A stretch of DNA of 58,627 nt, the filler included, from Thelocarpon superellum (lineage: Eukaryota), in assembly GCA_026025795.1 (NCBI GenBank). It is 2 parts of 2 records of this genome, joined end to end, with 100 filler letters (N's around TTAATTAATTAA, not from the genome) between each part and the next. Parts side by side here need not be neighbours in the genome. Positions count along the whole stretch, not along the records: positions 29,400 to 58,627 come from JAPEUG010000224.1; 1 more part is not named here. One strand, given 5' to 3'. Under the pieces are notes generated by a model. That model ran no database searches. It was given only the letters and a program-made list of their open reading frames with translations, and was not told the origin of the DNA. Every line of letters begins with the position of its first letter. The first letter of the stretch is position 1. Position numbers and translations under genes: made by a program. Shown one piece after another: positions 34,252 to 46,808 of the stretch.

Positions 34252-35095
34252 ATGTCCGCTTGTGACTCCACGCTCCACGCTCCAATCGCGCCCCATTTCC
34301 CGTCGAAGAATGCTCCAAGTGCATCCTCTTCCTCTTCCTCTGCTACCGCTGGTGACGAAGCCCAGGAACCCACCAGCATCGCAGCCTTGATCCACACACT
34401 GGGCCTGCTCAAACACCCCGAAGGCGGCTACTTCGTCGAGACGGACCGCGACGCCCGACGCGTCCCGAACCCGTTCCAGGACGACTCATCCTACGTCCGG
34501 CATGGCATCGTGCCCACCGCGGCGCAGACGCGCGATGGGGACGACACCACCCGCTGCGCGAGCACGACCATCTACTATCTCCTCACCCCCGGTAATCCCC
34601 AGGGCGTCTTCCATCTTAACCGCGGCCGCACGGTGCATACCTTGCATCAGGGCCGTGGACGCTATGTGATTATTCATGCGGACGAGGTGGATGGAACAAG
34701 AGGGAGGAACAAGGCGAGGATCGAGACGTTTGTCGTGGGACATAATGTCACGCGCGGCGAGAAGATGCAGTGGATCGTGGAAGGGGGAAAGTTCAAGGCT
34801 AGTCTTTTGCTTCCGGATCGGGCGGACGAGACGGGGAGTGAGAACGGGCTGTTGATCAGCGAGGTGGGTGGTGTGTGTGTTGCTTGAACCTCCCCTCCTT
34901 GCCTCCCCCGCTCCGCTCCGCCCCGCCCCTCACATCCCATGTCTCTTCTCTCCTGGATGATACAGCTGATCCATGTAGACCGTCATACCCGGCTTCGAAT
35001 TCCGCGATCATGATTTCATGACTAACGACCAACTCATCGCCCTGCTCGATGAGGATCAAGCCAAGGAGCTAGGGTGGTTGGTGAGAAAGACTTGA
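34252..35095 (+). CDS. DUF985 / Cupin_5 protein (yeast Cff1/YML079W-like); intron 34864-34978
   Basis: LGLLKHPEGGYFVETDR, STTIYYLLT, FHLNRGRTVHTLHQGRGRY, QWIVEGGKFKAS, LISE-TVIPGFEFRDH. Confidence 0.88.
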
Positions 35096-35155
35096 TGAGA
35101 GAACCAGACTACAAGTACATGATGTAGTTGTTTGCTCAAATTTTACACGACACAT

Positions 35156-35663
35156 CTACTCACTCGACTCCTCCCCTTCCCTCCCTCCCTCGTCCTCTCC
35201 CTCCCCCTCTCCCTCGCTCTCGTCGCGGTCATGTTCATCATACGCATTGATCAGACAATGACTGCGTGCGTACCATACTCGACGCACGCCCTCATCACCC
35301 AACGGCCGATCCATTACGGCTGTCTTCTTCGGTTCAACTGGCCCATCGTCCTGCCACACGCGCACCTCCTCCACCTGTGCGCCAATCTCGTACTCGCCGC
35401 GACAGAGGACGCAGATGCCCAGACTGGCTTCGACCACGTCGCCCGGCGCCAGGAGAGGCAGAGCCTGCTGGAGCACGCCGTTCCAGAGCAGACGCTTGGA
35501 CACGTCTAGCGCGACGTTGTGCGGCTGGTGGCGCAGACTCGGCTGCAGTCGCAGCATGGGGTAGATGGGCTTGCTGCTGCGGTTGCGGATGCGCGTCGTC
35601 AGAGAGAGGAATCGTTCCGTGGGCACCGCGGTCGTCGAGCGCGCCACCGTCCGTACGGCGTGT

Positions 35664-35708
<45 letters not shown>

Positions 35709-38700
35709 GCCAGCCCCTCGATCGACATGTCAATCTCGACGTCTGGGATCTTGAATGCCTCGACCATCCGCGCGCTCAGTCGCAAGTCGCGCAGCTGGAT
35801 CTCGCCTCGTCGGCTGCTCGAGTCCTCCACCCATCGTGCCCGGAGGTGCGTGCGGATCGCTTCGCCGTACCAGAACGCCTCCCGACTCAGCCGTTCTGCC
35901 TCGGGAGAGAGCTTGCTCGCGCCATAGATGAACTGTCGCTGGTTGGCCCGGTTGAGAATGGGGATGGGCGCGTGAGCGTTGGGCAGGAAGATACGTGGCA
36001 GGGGGATCATCATGCGTGCGGTGTGTCCGGCTTGGACGGTCTCGGTGAAGGTCGAGGCGTCGGTCCAGGCATCATCGGAAGATGATGATTCGGGTGGCGA
36101 CTCAACATCGCATAGCTGCAACGTCACCGTGAGCGAGCTGGGCCAGGAGTTACGCAGGTCCAGCAGGAGGAGGCAGCGCTGGTCGTCGTCTGGTGTGGCG
36201 ACGAGATCTGCCCGCACCATTTCCACGCTGGCGTTGACCGTGACCGTGATCGGGATGGTGAGCTGCCGGGTGTAAAAGGACCCCGTCACTTCCTCGCGAG
36301 GGACGCCCAGGTGCGCATAGTCCAGCTGGACCATGCCGTCAGTCAGGCCTGGCTTGCCAAGGATCTCCATGTCAAACGTGGCCGACGCCCCAGGTTCGAT
36401 GAACGGCTCCGTCGCATCGGTCCGCCGCCAGCGCAAGGCCTCGCGGCGCAAGCAGAGGAGCTCCAGCTCGTAGAGTTCCGAGGGCAAGAGGTCCTTCTGC
36501 TTCATCGCCGCCTGCAACGGACCCGTGGTGGAGTCTTGAAAGGCAAAGAGCAACAGATCGACCGGCGTCGTACGCGACACATTTTGCAAGGTGATGGTGA
36601 AGTGATGCACCTCGCCTTCCAACAGCATCACGGCGGACTGGGGTAGCCCGACGGACTGCACCACCACGATCGGCTGCGTCCCAATCACCGTCAGATCGAG
36701 CGCCGACGGACGAGGGCCCGAGGTTGTGCTGGACGCGGAAATGGAAGCCTCCGACGCGGCCAGCCCGAGGCGCTTCATCTTGACCTCGCGCGCGGGTGAC
36801 CAGGGCTGAGTGAAGATGGGGAAGCGCCGCTCGCGACAGCCGCGGATCTTGACGATACACCCCGTGATGGTCAAGGCGCCCGCGGTCTTGGGGATGCCGA
36901 ACATGGACAGCATCTTGGTGCGATATGCGCCGATGACGGTGTTATGCTCGATCGAGTCAAAGGCGACACCGCGGGACTCGAGCCGGATGCGCTCAATCTC
37001 CATCTCGAACTCAAAGGGGTTCTGCATCGTGATCTTGAGCTCGGCGTACTCGCCCGCCACCAGGATCTTCGTGGCCACCGCGGCGTCGGGCCGTTTGAGG
37101 AAGGGGTTGTAGATGAACGGGCTCTTCTCCTTCTGCTCCTGGAGCGCCTCGACCGACGCGAGCTCGCTCTTGGCGTGGGCAATGGGCATCTTCCACGTCG
37201 GCGGGTCAATCACGTCGACGCCGCGCGCGAGAAACTCGTCCCAGTACTCGGCCGTGATCTGACGCACGCCGAGCTTGGCGGCGGCGTTGACCGTGCGGGA
37301 GATGTTGGTCGCCAGGCGCACCTGCTCTTCGCGCGCCAGGTTGGTGGACCCCTCGTCGCTGTCGACGCGTGGTGCGACGCCACTACCGGCCGTGCGCAAC
37401 AGCTCCGTGGTGAAACGTAGCACGCCGTGAAAGTCCGGCAGAGCCTCGCAGAGGTTGATGCACTGACGCAGGATGATCAGCTTCATCGTCGGACTCCCAA
37501 AGGACCGGCGTGCCGCATCATGATTGATGCGGGCAATGATGACCTCATCCGTGTCATCCGCGACCGTCGACGGAGCCGGTGCGTCATCCGGGGTGCCCTC
37601 GGCCGTTGGGCGGCGCGCGCCGTCGACCGATACGACGCCGTAGACGCTGCCCAGGATGCCGAGGACGTGATCCAGCCCGGCCTCAACATCGCCCACGCCC
37701 AGGTCGAGCGCGCCGCCTCGTCCGCCGCTGGCTTTGAGCGCGGCCAGCCCCGCGGCAGGATGTACCCCCATGGCCGCTGCGCCCAGCTTTCGCGCCTGCA
37801 CTAAGCCCGGGGTGAGGACGCTGATGAGCTCGCGCATGACAAAGGCCTTCTTCCGATGGAGCCCGAGCCGGGACAGGACGGCCGTCATCCCGGCCAGGAT
37901 GAGGACTCGATCGGTCACCGACTGACTCGGGGCGGCGGAGGGCCCGGGAAAGGCGCGAAAAAGCATCGATGCAATCTCCGTCCGAGTCGGCGTCACCGCC
38001 GTTCGAGGGACCCCCAGGCGGGGAAGCGGTTGGCTCGACGCATTCAGCACGAGATGCTGCAAGCCGTCCTCATCCAGCTGGCCACCCGCGAGGTGGGCGG
38101 CCGTCAGTAGCTTGGAGAAGCGGACGACGGACTCGGCAAAAGCGAGGGGTGGGAGCGACTCGCCGGAGAAGTTGGAGGCCCGGGCGTAGAGATTGAGGAT
38201 ATTGTTGAGGAGATCGGGGAGGAGCGCGGTGAGGTTCTGTAGCGAGATGAGCCGATTCGGCGCGGCGGAGGATCGTGGCGCATGCGAGTCGGAAGATCGA
38301 TCAGGCGCCTTGTCGGCGACGGGATAGCATATCTGCGGGATCTGAAAGTCCATGCCCGCCCAGGCACTCATCACGAGCCCCACCATGATATTCTCGAGTG
38401 CTTTGGCATGCCAGAGGTGGTCGCTATTCGCCTTGGCGATCGCTGCGCCCTCCACCAGCTCCCGCACCGCGTCCGGCCATCGGCCGGCCTGGAGATAGAG
38501 GGCGCCGATGACGACGCCGACACGACTCTTGCCGCGATTCCTCGCGCGTTCGCTGAGACTTCCCGAGCCAAAGCCGTGGACGGCGATGCGATCCCGACTC
38601 GGATCGCGTATCTCGCCGCCGGCGCTCGAGCGTGTCACGGCACTGGGTCGGGGCGCCTTACCGGGCGAGTCGCCATACCCGCCATGGTGATCTCCCACCG

Positions 38701-39676
38701 TCGGCGGGGGGGTTCCGGGTCGGCTGGGGGGCGAGCGAGACCGCGTCCCAGGTCCCGCGCCGGCCATCTCGCTTCCCGCCGAGGGTAAGGGGGTGGGCAT
38801 GGACATGCGGTAGTGGACCTTGTCGGCGATAGTGGCGGGCGAGCCCGATCGCGAGCTCTGCGTCGTGCCCGACGTGGTGCTGCGCGTCCAGGCGTCGGAC
38901 GGGGCAGAGTAGCCATTGGAGAGATGGCTGCCATCCGACGTGCTGGGCGACTCGATCGAGGGCAGGCCTTGAAGGGACTTGGCGAAGGTGGTCATCTCCG
39001 CCAGGAGGAGGGAGGTGAGATCGCACATGAGCGTCTTCATCGTCGTCGTTTGGCATTGTTCCGGCGGGGGAATGGGGAAGATGCCCTTGGGGACGCGATC
39101 TGGAGAGGTGCCGGGGAGATGGTCGAAGAGCAGGAGTTGGTGCACCAGGGCCTTGGGATACTGGTCACGCAGGTCCTCCAACGCATCCTGTAAACCGTCC
39201 CAGTCGGCGTCACCCTCCTCTTTCGATCTCTGCGGCATGGACGCCACGCCATTTGCACGTCCATGTCGGCCGAGCTCATGCGCGTCCACGATGCCCAGAA
39301 CCATCAGGGGTTCGCGGAAGAGTTCGAAGGGAAACAAGGATGACTGCGAGCCGGGAGGAGGGGCGGTCGCGTGGTGATAGAGGATCAAGCCGGTGGGGAA
39401 GGCCAGGGGCGAGAACATATCTAGAGGGGACACGCAAGGTCAGTGGGGGGAATTGAAGTCGCACGCCTGGCAGCATCGGCGGCAGCGGCGTCCAGGGCGG
39501 GCATGCGTACTTCGATTGGGTCGAGCATCGGCGCTGACATCGCCGAGTCGGACCACGCCTTGCGGCTCGACGCGCTCGACCTGCTCGAGGAAGCGGGCGC
39601 GGGTGATGCGGCCGACGGGGAGCAGCAGGGTCCGGACTCGCGCCGGCGCGATCGGTGATAGAGGGTCAACGCCCAT
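35156..39676 (-). CDS. TRS120: TRAPPII complex subunit Trs120 (Aspergillus HypA); intron 39510-39421
   Basis: DPLSPIAPARVRTLLLPVG, MFSPLAFPTG, LQAGRWPDA, DHLWHAKALE, RKKAFVMRE, EYWDEFL, PFIYNPF, QNPFEFE. A (GAC)n poly-Asp run lies near 35665-35707. Confidence 0.93.
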
Positions 39677-39943
39677 GATGACATTGGGCCGTAGTGGCGG
39701 TGACGGAGGGGGGCCCCGCGAGAGGGACTATGCGCCGGGGGCACGCCAGCTTGATCCGCATCGAGGGGCGGCCGATGGGGGACAGTGATGTGTGTACATG
39801 GCCTTGGGCCCACGGTGCCCAGACTACGAGGGTGCGAGGGCGTGTGCGTGGACGGGGGTGCAAGGAGGGCGACGTGCGGACAGCATTGCAGCTGGATCAC
39901 CGTGGTCACCGTGGTGTGCTTGAGGTCGGCGTCCGAGCTGAAC

Positions 39944-39975
39944 GTCTGAGTGTCTGAGTGTCTGAGTGTCTGAGT
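39944..39975. repeat. (GTCTGAGT)4 octamer repeat upstream of TRS120
   Basis: Four perfect copies, about 270 bp upstream of the TRS120 ATG. Confidence 0.85.
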
Positions 39976-40292
39976 GGCCTCGCGTGCACTTGCCGTCCGC
40001 CCGTCGTCCCTGACCGATATCGCCAACCGGGGAGCCCCCCGATAAACGACGACACCGCCAGCTATCACGGTGACGGAAGCGACTCCAGCGACGACGAAAT
40101 CTATCGCGTATCACGGGGCCCTCCGTCATATTGAGCTTGATGTCTACCTCATCGCTACTCTACATTCTGTCTATCCTACATCCCGCGCCATCGATTCCGC
40201 CGACGTATGATACCATGAGGCCGCGCAGAGCGCCCCCCGTCTAGATGTGACGCACGCTATGCTCCTCCCCGAACCCATTCCAACGCCCTCGA

Positions 40293-43200
40293 CTAGTCAA
40301 GCAAGGAGGACGCCGGCATCTGTGTCGTCGATGCGCCTGCTGAGCCACCCGTCGGCGTGTTGTAAGTGACCAGCTTCGTCACGGCCTTGCCAAAGTATTG
40401 CGCTACAAAATTCTCACTGTCATGCGTCAGTCATGGCGGCCGGGAGGAGGTCTCGGGGCCCAGGGAAGGGGCAGCACTCACGTCCAATAGCTATGCTCGG
40501 CGCTGTGCACCTCGACCAGATTGTGCGCCAGCTCGTGGCAGAGCACCACCCACCAATAGATCAACGCCTCACCCTTCAGCTCCGCGTTCTGCGCCTGCAC
40601 CCCAGCCAGGTGCAGCTGCTCGAAGAACCGAAAGTTGCAGAAGAGGCTGCCTTGGCGGTTGAAGGCGATGGTGCTGCCCGCGTCGTCGTAGTAGATGTGC
40701 AGGGTGCCCCGGGGCAGGGCGAAGATCTCGCCACAGTCCACCAGGAGCCGGGCAAACAGATTCAGCGAGGAAGAGTGCGTGGCGAGAAAGCTCGACTTGT
40801 CCGCCAGCGCGTTGGAGAGAAAAATCTTGATCCCGACGGTCGAGTCGGCGGCAAAGGAGATGTCGTGCCCAGGCCGCTCGTCACAGTATGAGCTGGTCTC
40901 TTTCACATTGGACGCATCGGCTCGCGAGTAGAGGTGCGCGCTGTCATGCGCCCGCGACGCGTTGATGGCCGACACGAGGTTCTGCCGCAGACGAAAGGGC
41001 GCCGTGACAGAATCCGGCTGGTGTTCCGCCGGCCGGGTCGTTTGGGGATCCTTCGTGGCGTAAGGGGGAGGCGGTGCCGGCTGGTGGTTCGGGGCTACGT
41101 CGGGCCGGGGGACGTGGCCCATCAAGCTGTGCAGCTGTTGCGCCGATGGACCACCGTCATCCAAGCCGAGGTGTTTGGAGATGGAGGAGAAGAAATTGTT
41201 GCGCTTCTTTGACGCTGGCTCACGGGCGCCGGTGCCCGCCCCGGGTGCGGCAGGCTCCGGCGAATCCTCAAAGGCCCCAGGCATGGCCGGCAAGGCCTTG
41301 GGCGTTGGGGGAGCGGCGGCCGGAGTCGGGTGTGTCGCCGTCCACGCCTGCTCCTGCTCGCGAATCTTGCGCTGCTCCTCTTCCAGCGCCTGCTGCCGCT
41401 GATCTTCGGAGATTCGCGCCTCGGCCGCCTTGGCCCGGAGGATGCGATCCACATTGTAGCCTCGCGTCCGAAGCTTGAGCAGGTCTGTCCCGAGCAGCAT
41501 CTCCAGCATGATCGCCGACTGCGGCTTGGGGCGCGAGAGGAGGAGCCCCACAAGGGCCTGGCTCACCTGAAACAGATCGTACGACGCGGCCGAGATCCAC
41601 AGCGTCCATCCCTTCCGCGCGACGTACGTCACCGCCGCCGTCCGGGTCTCGGTGTGCGACAGCTGGTGTCCACGCAGCATCCGTCGCAGCGAGATGGACC
41701 GCACCGCCTGCACCGTGAGGTTCTTCTCCAGCCAACGTGCGTCGTGCTTGATCGCCTCGGCCGCGTTGTCGTGCAGAAAGAGACGGGCACGCTCGTACAC
41801 CAGCTTCTGCAGCTTGGCCGCCGGTCGTTGGTCCGGCACCACTGCCCCAACGCGGGGTTCTTCCTCGACGAGCGAGCTAAGCAGGGAGGAGCCAAGGCTG
41901 TAGTAGAACTCCTCGATCTTCTCCTCTTGCGGCGCCACCTTCAGACGCTCGCGGAAGAGATTATAACTCAAAAAGTCGTCCACCAGCACGATCTGGCTGG
42001 CGCTGGCGAGCGACCATTCCTTGATGCCGGCCGCCTCATCCTCGTCCGCATCCTCCCACGGATCTTCGGTGGACTTGGTCTCCTTGGCGCTCGTTGAGGC
42101 CGTCGTGGCTGGAATCTCGCGGTAGGCCAACAGAAAGGGCACGCGCCGCATCTCTTTGAAGAGCGCCTTGTCCTTCCGAAGCGTCGCGACATGGTCGGCC
42201 AGGCTTCGGAGCACGCCCAGGTACCGCTCCGGGCTCTGGAAGACGCTCAACAACCGCGCCGGCTCCTGCACCAGCATGGTGGCGAGCTGGATCTTCGTCG
42301 GCTCGTGCTTGGAGCCGCACTTGAGGAGGAAGGCGTTGGCCTCGGAGCCGAAGTCGACGAAGTCGAAGACGTCTTTCAAGTCCGGGCTGTCCCCGAGGAA
42401 GACCATCCGGGGTGCCGCATGCCGGACGCCGCCCGAGGCGGGGCGTGCGACCGAGCTCGGAGGAGCCGATGGTCGCGCCGTGATGGGCACTATCATGGCC
42501 TGCCCGAGTTTCTCCGCATGTTGCCCGCTGATCTCGTGCAGCCGGCTCGCCAGGTAGGCAAAGACCAGCACCGCTTCCGCTCGGTTCAGCGGCGGCTGCT
42601 TCAACAAATAGCGCACGCACTCGGCCATGGGGGGATCTGACTGTACCCCAAATTTGTGCGCATGCGGGTGTAAGTCGCGGCGTAAGATGGGGAAGCCCAA
42701 GACGGCGGCGCGCTCATTGGTGAAACACTGCGACGGCGGCAGCAAGGTCGCCTTCTCGTCCCCTTGTAGCGGCAGGTAGGCCTGGGGCATGCTCGAGAGC
42801 GTGGGGAAGCGCGCGTATCCGTTGATCTGATGGTTGGCGATGAAGTAGGTCATAGCGCGGTCGCGCAAAGCCAGGTCACCCCGGGCTGGCGCGGTCGCCA
42901 TGATCTCCACCAGCTCTGGCACGGTGGGGATCGCGCGGAGGCCGAGAAAGGCGAGAAACTTGCCCTCGGCAGTCCCTGGTCGGTAGAGACCAGGCCACTG
43001 CAGGATGGGCAGCCCCAGACTCCGCAGAGAGTCTTTGGGTTCGTAGAGCTCAACCACTCGGTATCGCTGCCGGCTGGGACGGGCCGGGTTCTGGTTCTCC
43101 TCCGCCGGGCAGATCGCCGTTTGCTGCAAGCGCTTGATGTCTGCCGCCGGGATATCGTCGCGCACCGCGGCTAGATAGCGGATGAGATCGACATGGCTCC

Positions 43201-45646
43201 ACCGGCCCTCCGGCGTCGTCGAGGCCGCTCCAGGGGCGTCCGCATCGGACATCAACCGACCAAATACCACGCTGAGCTCGACCGTCTTGCGCACGCCCAG
43301 GGCGAGCAAGATCTTGTCCTTGACCCCGTGGAGGCCACTGGCGATGGGGAGATCTTGGAAGAGCTTGACGGTGGGGAAGTAGGCCTCTCCGGGCCGCTTC
43401 ATACCCATCTTGGTGGGGATCACGGTCCGGTCCTCGAGGAGGCTGACGACCGTGCCTCGCGATGACTGGCTCAGCGCGTCCCATTGCTTGGAGAGCACGG
43501 CGAGGACTTGGGCCGCAAAGGTGGGTGAGCGCGTGATGTCCTCGTCGGCCTCTCGCGCGCCCGCGCGCTCGATCAGATCGCGCAGCCACGGGACGATCTG
43601 GAGCTCCTCCCAGCCGAGCGCCTCCAGCTCGGCCTTGGTGAGGTGCTTGGTGTATTCAAAGGGGATGGTGGTGCCCGGGACGGGGACATCGACCGGGATC
43701 TTGGAGGCATTCACAAAGGAAGTGATGTTGGCCAAGACCAGCACCTGTCCGTCCACCGTGGCCACGGCGACATCTAAGAGCGATCGCGTCGTCGGCCGCG
43801 GCACGTCGAGGGCGAAGGCTTGCCGCGCTAGCCACTTTAGGAATTCGGTGAGCTGGCTGCCGTCGAGGGCTTTCGCTTCCAATTCCTTTTTGACGTCGGC
43901 GGTGGTGATGGCGGTCACCAGGCCGTAGTCCTTTAGCTTTCCGACAAGCTCAGGGGCGCCCTGAATCAGAGCGTCCGGCAGCACGGGGATGCCCTCGACG
44001 AAGCCACTGAGATCCTCGGACGCGAGGCGCACCTGGTGACTGGGGAGCACACCCTGTGTGGAGACGACGTCGATGGAGGCCTGCGTGGTCGAGGTCCAAA
44101 AGGCCTCCTCGATGAGCTGGCCGACCTTGGCAGATGGGGTGGCGTCGAGGAAGGTGAATTGCTTGAAGACGTGGATGGCGTCCGGCAACACGGTGGCCAC
44201 GTCTTCTTTCCTCATCTTCCCTTTGCCTGACGCAGCCACGGCACGACTCAGCTTCCCCTTGATTTCCATGAGCTCGTTGGCCCACGCGACGCGACAGACG
44301 ATCCCGGCGGCGCGGAGGACCTCGACGTTCCATGTGCGGACATAGCGCGCGTTGAGGTCAATCGCCTCGCGCTCGACCGTTGGGATGACGGAAGGGGCGG
44401 AGACATGAACCCCGGTGACCCCGGTCGTCTGTTGGGTGGGGAAGCCGATGAAGACCTTGCCGCTCTTCTGCGGTAAGACGGTCGAGAAGATTTCGACGCC
44501 CGTGAGGAGGGGAAGGGCCCCGGACAGAATGGCGACCTTCATGCCTTGCGCCGGCTTCTTCTTGGTCGCTCGCTCGATTTCCCGGGCAAAGGAGGTGTCG
44601 ACGGAGACGCGAATATGACCCGTGGTGACGCGTAGGAAGATGGTCGCCGTCGAGGCGGCCAGCAGGTTATCGGCGACCTCGGGAGCTGGCGGTCGGTCGT
44701 CGCGCAGTTGCGTCGTGCTATTGTTTGCGCCGGTCAAGCGCGAAAAGAAGCCGCGCAAAGAGGGGGCGGAGGTCGACGAGGCGCCATGATCCGTCGCCCC
44801 ACTATCAAGCATCCTGGACCACGAGGGTGGCGGTCTCCAACGCACAATCTCCAGCCATCGTGCTTCCATCTGCACCATCTCCGTGTCCACCTGGTGCACC
44901 TTCATCAGGCGCTCATGCGTGGTCCGCTCGACGTCCCGGGGTAGGGCGACGGGCGAGGAAGGGGCGGTCTTCTTAGATAGGGCCAGCAGCTTCCAGCCGT
45001 CGAGCCAGAGCTCAATCTCCTTGAGCCCGACGAACGTGAGGCTGGTGGCCAGAAACTGACACAAGGGCAGTAGCGGAGGTACCGGCGAGGTCTTGCTCCG
45101 ATAGTCGAGCACGAAGGTGGTGTCGGATTGGGCATCGGCCAGACGCGAACGGCGGGTGAAGAGGGCGTTGCCTTTCCAGTAGAAGGCCATGGCCTCCTGA
45201 CCGGAACTGACAAAGGGCTCCTCGCAGTCAGCGAAGACGCTATAGAACCCGACGCCAAAGGCGCCAATCTTGGTCTCATCCGGGTTGCCCTCGGCGATGC
45301 GTTTCAAGCGTGACCAGTCCGAGGCACCAAAGGGCTGACCGTTGTTGGCCACGACGAGGCGATGAAGGGTGTGGTGGAGCACGGTATGCTTCAGGCTCGA
45401 CGACTCGTCGGTGGCGGTGGGCGCCGCTACGCTGAGGGAGGGCGTGGTTTCGAAGCGGATGGTGACCTTGTCGGCCGAAGCGTCGGCCGCATTCTGGAGC
45501 AGCTCACGCAGGGTCGTCCATTCCCCCGAGTATCGCGCAAGAACCTTGTCGATGAGCGCGCGTGTGTTGACCGTGACGGCCTCTTCATCGTTGCCCGATC
45601 CCAAGGTCTGGGCCTTTAAGGCGTTGTAGTCGATCGCGGCGGCCAT
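40293..45646 (-). CDS. Large GHKL (sacsin/Hsp90-like) ATPase - DUF3684 - C-terminal HExxH protein; intron 40481-40417
   Basis: Bergerat motifs RELLQNAADA, NNGQPF and IGAFGVGFYS; PTVEREAIDL; C-terminal TIAFN..SLFCNFRFF..WWVVLCHELAHNLV..HSAEHSYWT-ENFVAQYF; stop at 40293-40295. Confidence 0.85.
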
Positions 45647-46808
45647 GGCGACCGTCTGCGTAGTGATGCTGTCGGTTTTCTTTCGTCACCGCATGATCTT
45701 CAGAGACGAGAGATCATAGCTCCAAGCAGGGGAGAGACGGGGACGAGGAGAGGTAGGTGTCTGTTATCTGGTGGTTGGGGGAAGTTTGACGGTTTGCCTG
45801 CATAGGCGCAGCCTGATGTCAATGATGACGACGACGAAGACGACGATGCACGGGGAAGCTTCTAGCAGGAGGGGACCGTCCGACGATGGAATGCCAGACA
45901 AGCGACACAGTGGCCAAAGACGTCAAGAAACAGCCCAAGAGAAGAGAGGCGTTCAAAAGACAAGACGAGGCCTGTCCAATCACCGGGTCGAGTTCCTGGA
46001 CGTTGGCTCATCAGAGTTGATTACGGTTTAGGCACCATCGATGCTGATTACGTGCCATCAGACTTGGAGAAGTGCGAGTCCTACGGGCCGGACTGTGGCG
46101 AACGTCCGGGGTCGAGACTTAACTAAACAAACGAATATTTAGTTAGAGCACCAACCGAGAGTTGGTCCGATGTACTAACGAGCACGCCTGCACGGCGCCT
46201 TTGTGTGGCGTGTGGCGCGCTGTGCACCGTCCCCGTCTCGGCGTGATCCTTCTGCAACAACTGGTTGTGGTCACTAGTCCGCGTAACCGTGGCCCCCAGG
46301 CCTGGACTGACCACCCTTCGTACCAGCACACGAGCACAGCCAATGGGGGCTCCCTCAATTACTCCGTCGGGAGTCTGGAATACTATCTCTTATACTAGCA
46401 CAGGTATTCAAAGAAGTATAGGGTCCCTCCAAGCACAATAAGTGTCCCTCGAAACTGGATGTTTAGGGCCATGGAGAGCTCGACCCGTCGACCTATTAGC
46501 CCGTCATGTTCCGATGCCCGTTGACTCATAATCTTGCACGTATGACGTTGGGGCAAATTCGACGGTCAGCAACCCTTACAGTGGGCGCTTTATAGTGGAT
46601 CTGAGATGTGTTACCCGCGGGCCAGCTACGCTCGTCCGGTTCACGACGACAACCGGTCCGCAGTATCGCAACTAGAAAGAGCCCAGTCGTTTCAACATGT
46701 AGTATTCAGGGCGCCGATGCGATGTTAGATGCTAAATATGTACGACAGCATGGTCCAGCCGGGTAGCGGCCCTATGCGTCCTTCTCTACCAACTCCCTGC
46801 CCACGCGC

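Noticed and set aside
35156..45646. Many overlapping 100-290-aa alternative-frame and antisense ORFs over TRS120 and the DUF3684 gene (and over other CDSs)
   Set aside because: An expected by-product of high GC3 codon bias; the translations are Arg/Pro/Ala-rich with no motifs.
46590..46640. CTGAGA..TACCC resembling a TPP riboswitch core
   Set aside because: The downstream GAACNTGATC..TAAT..AGCG elements are missing and no thiamine gene is adjacent.
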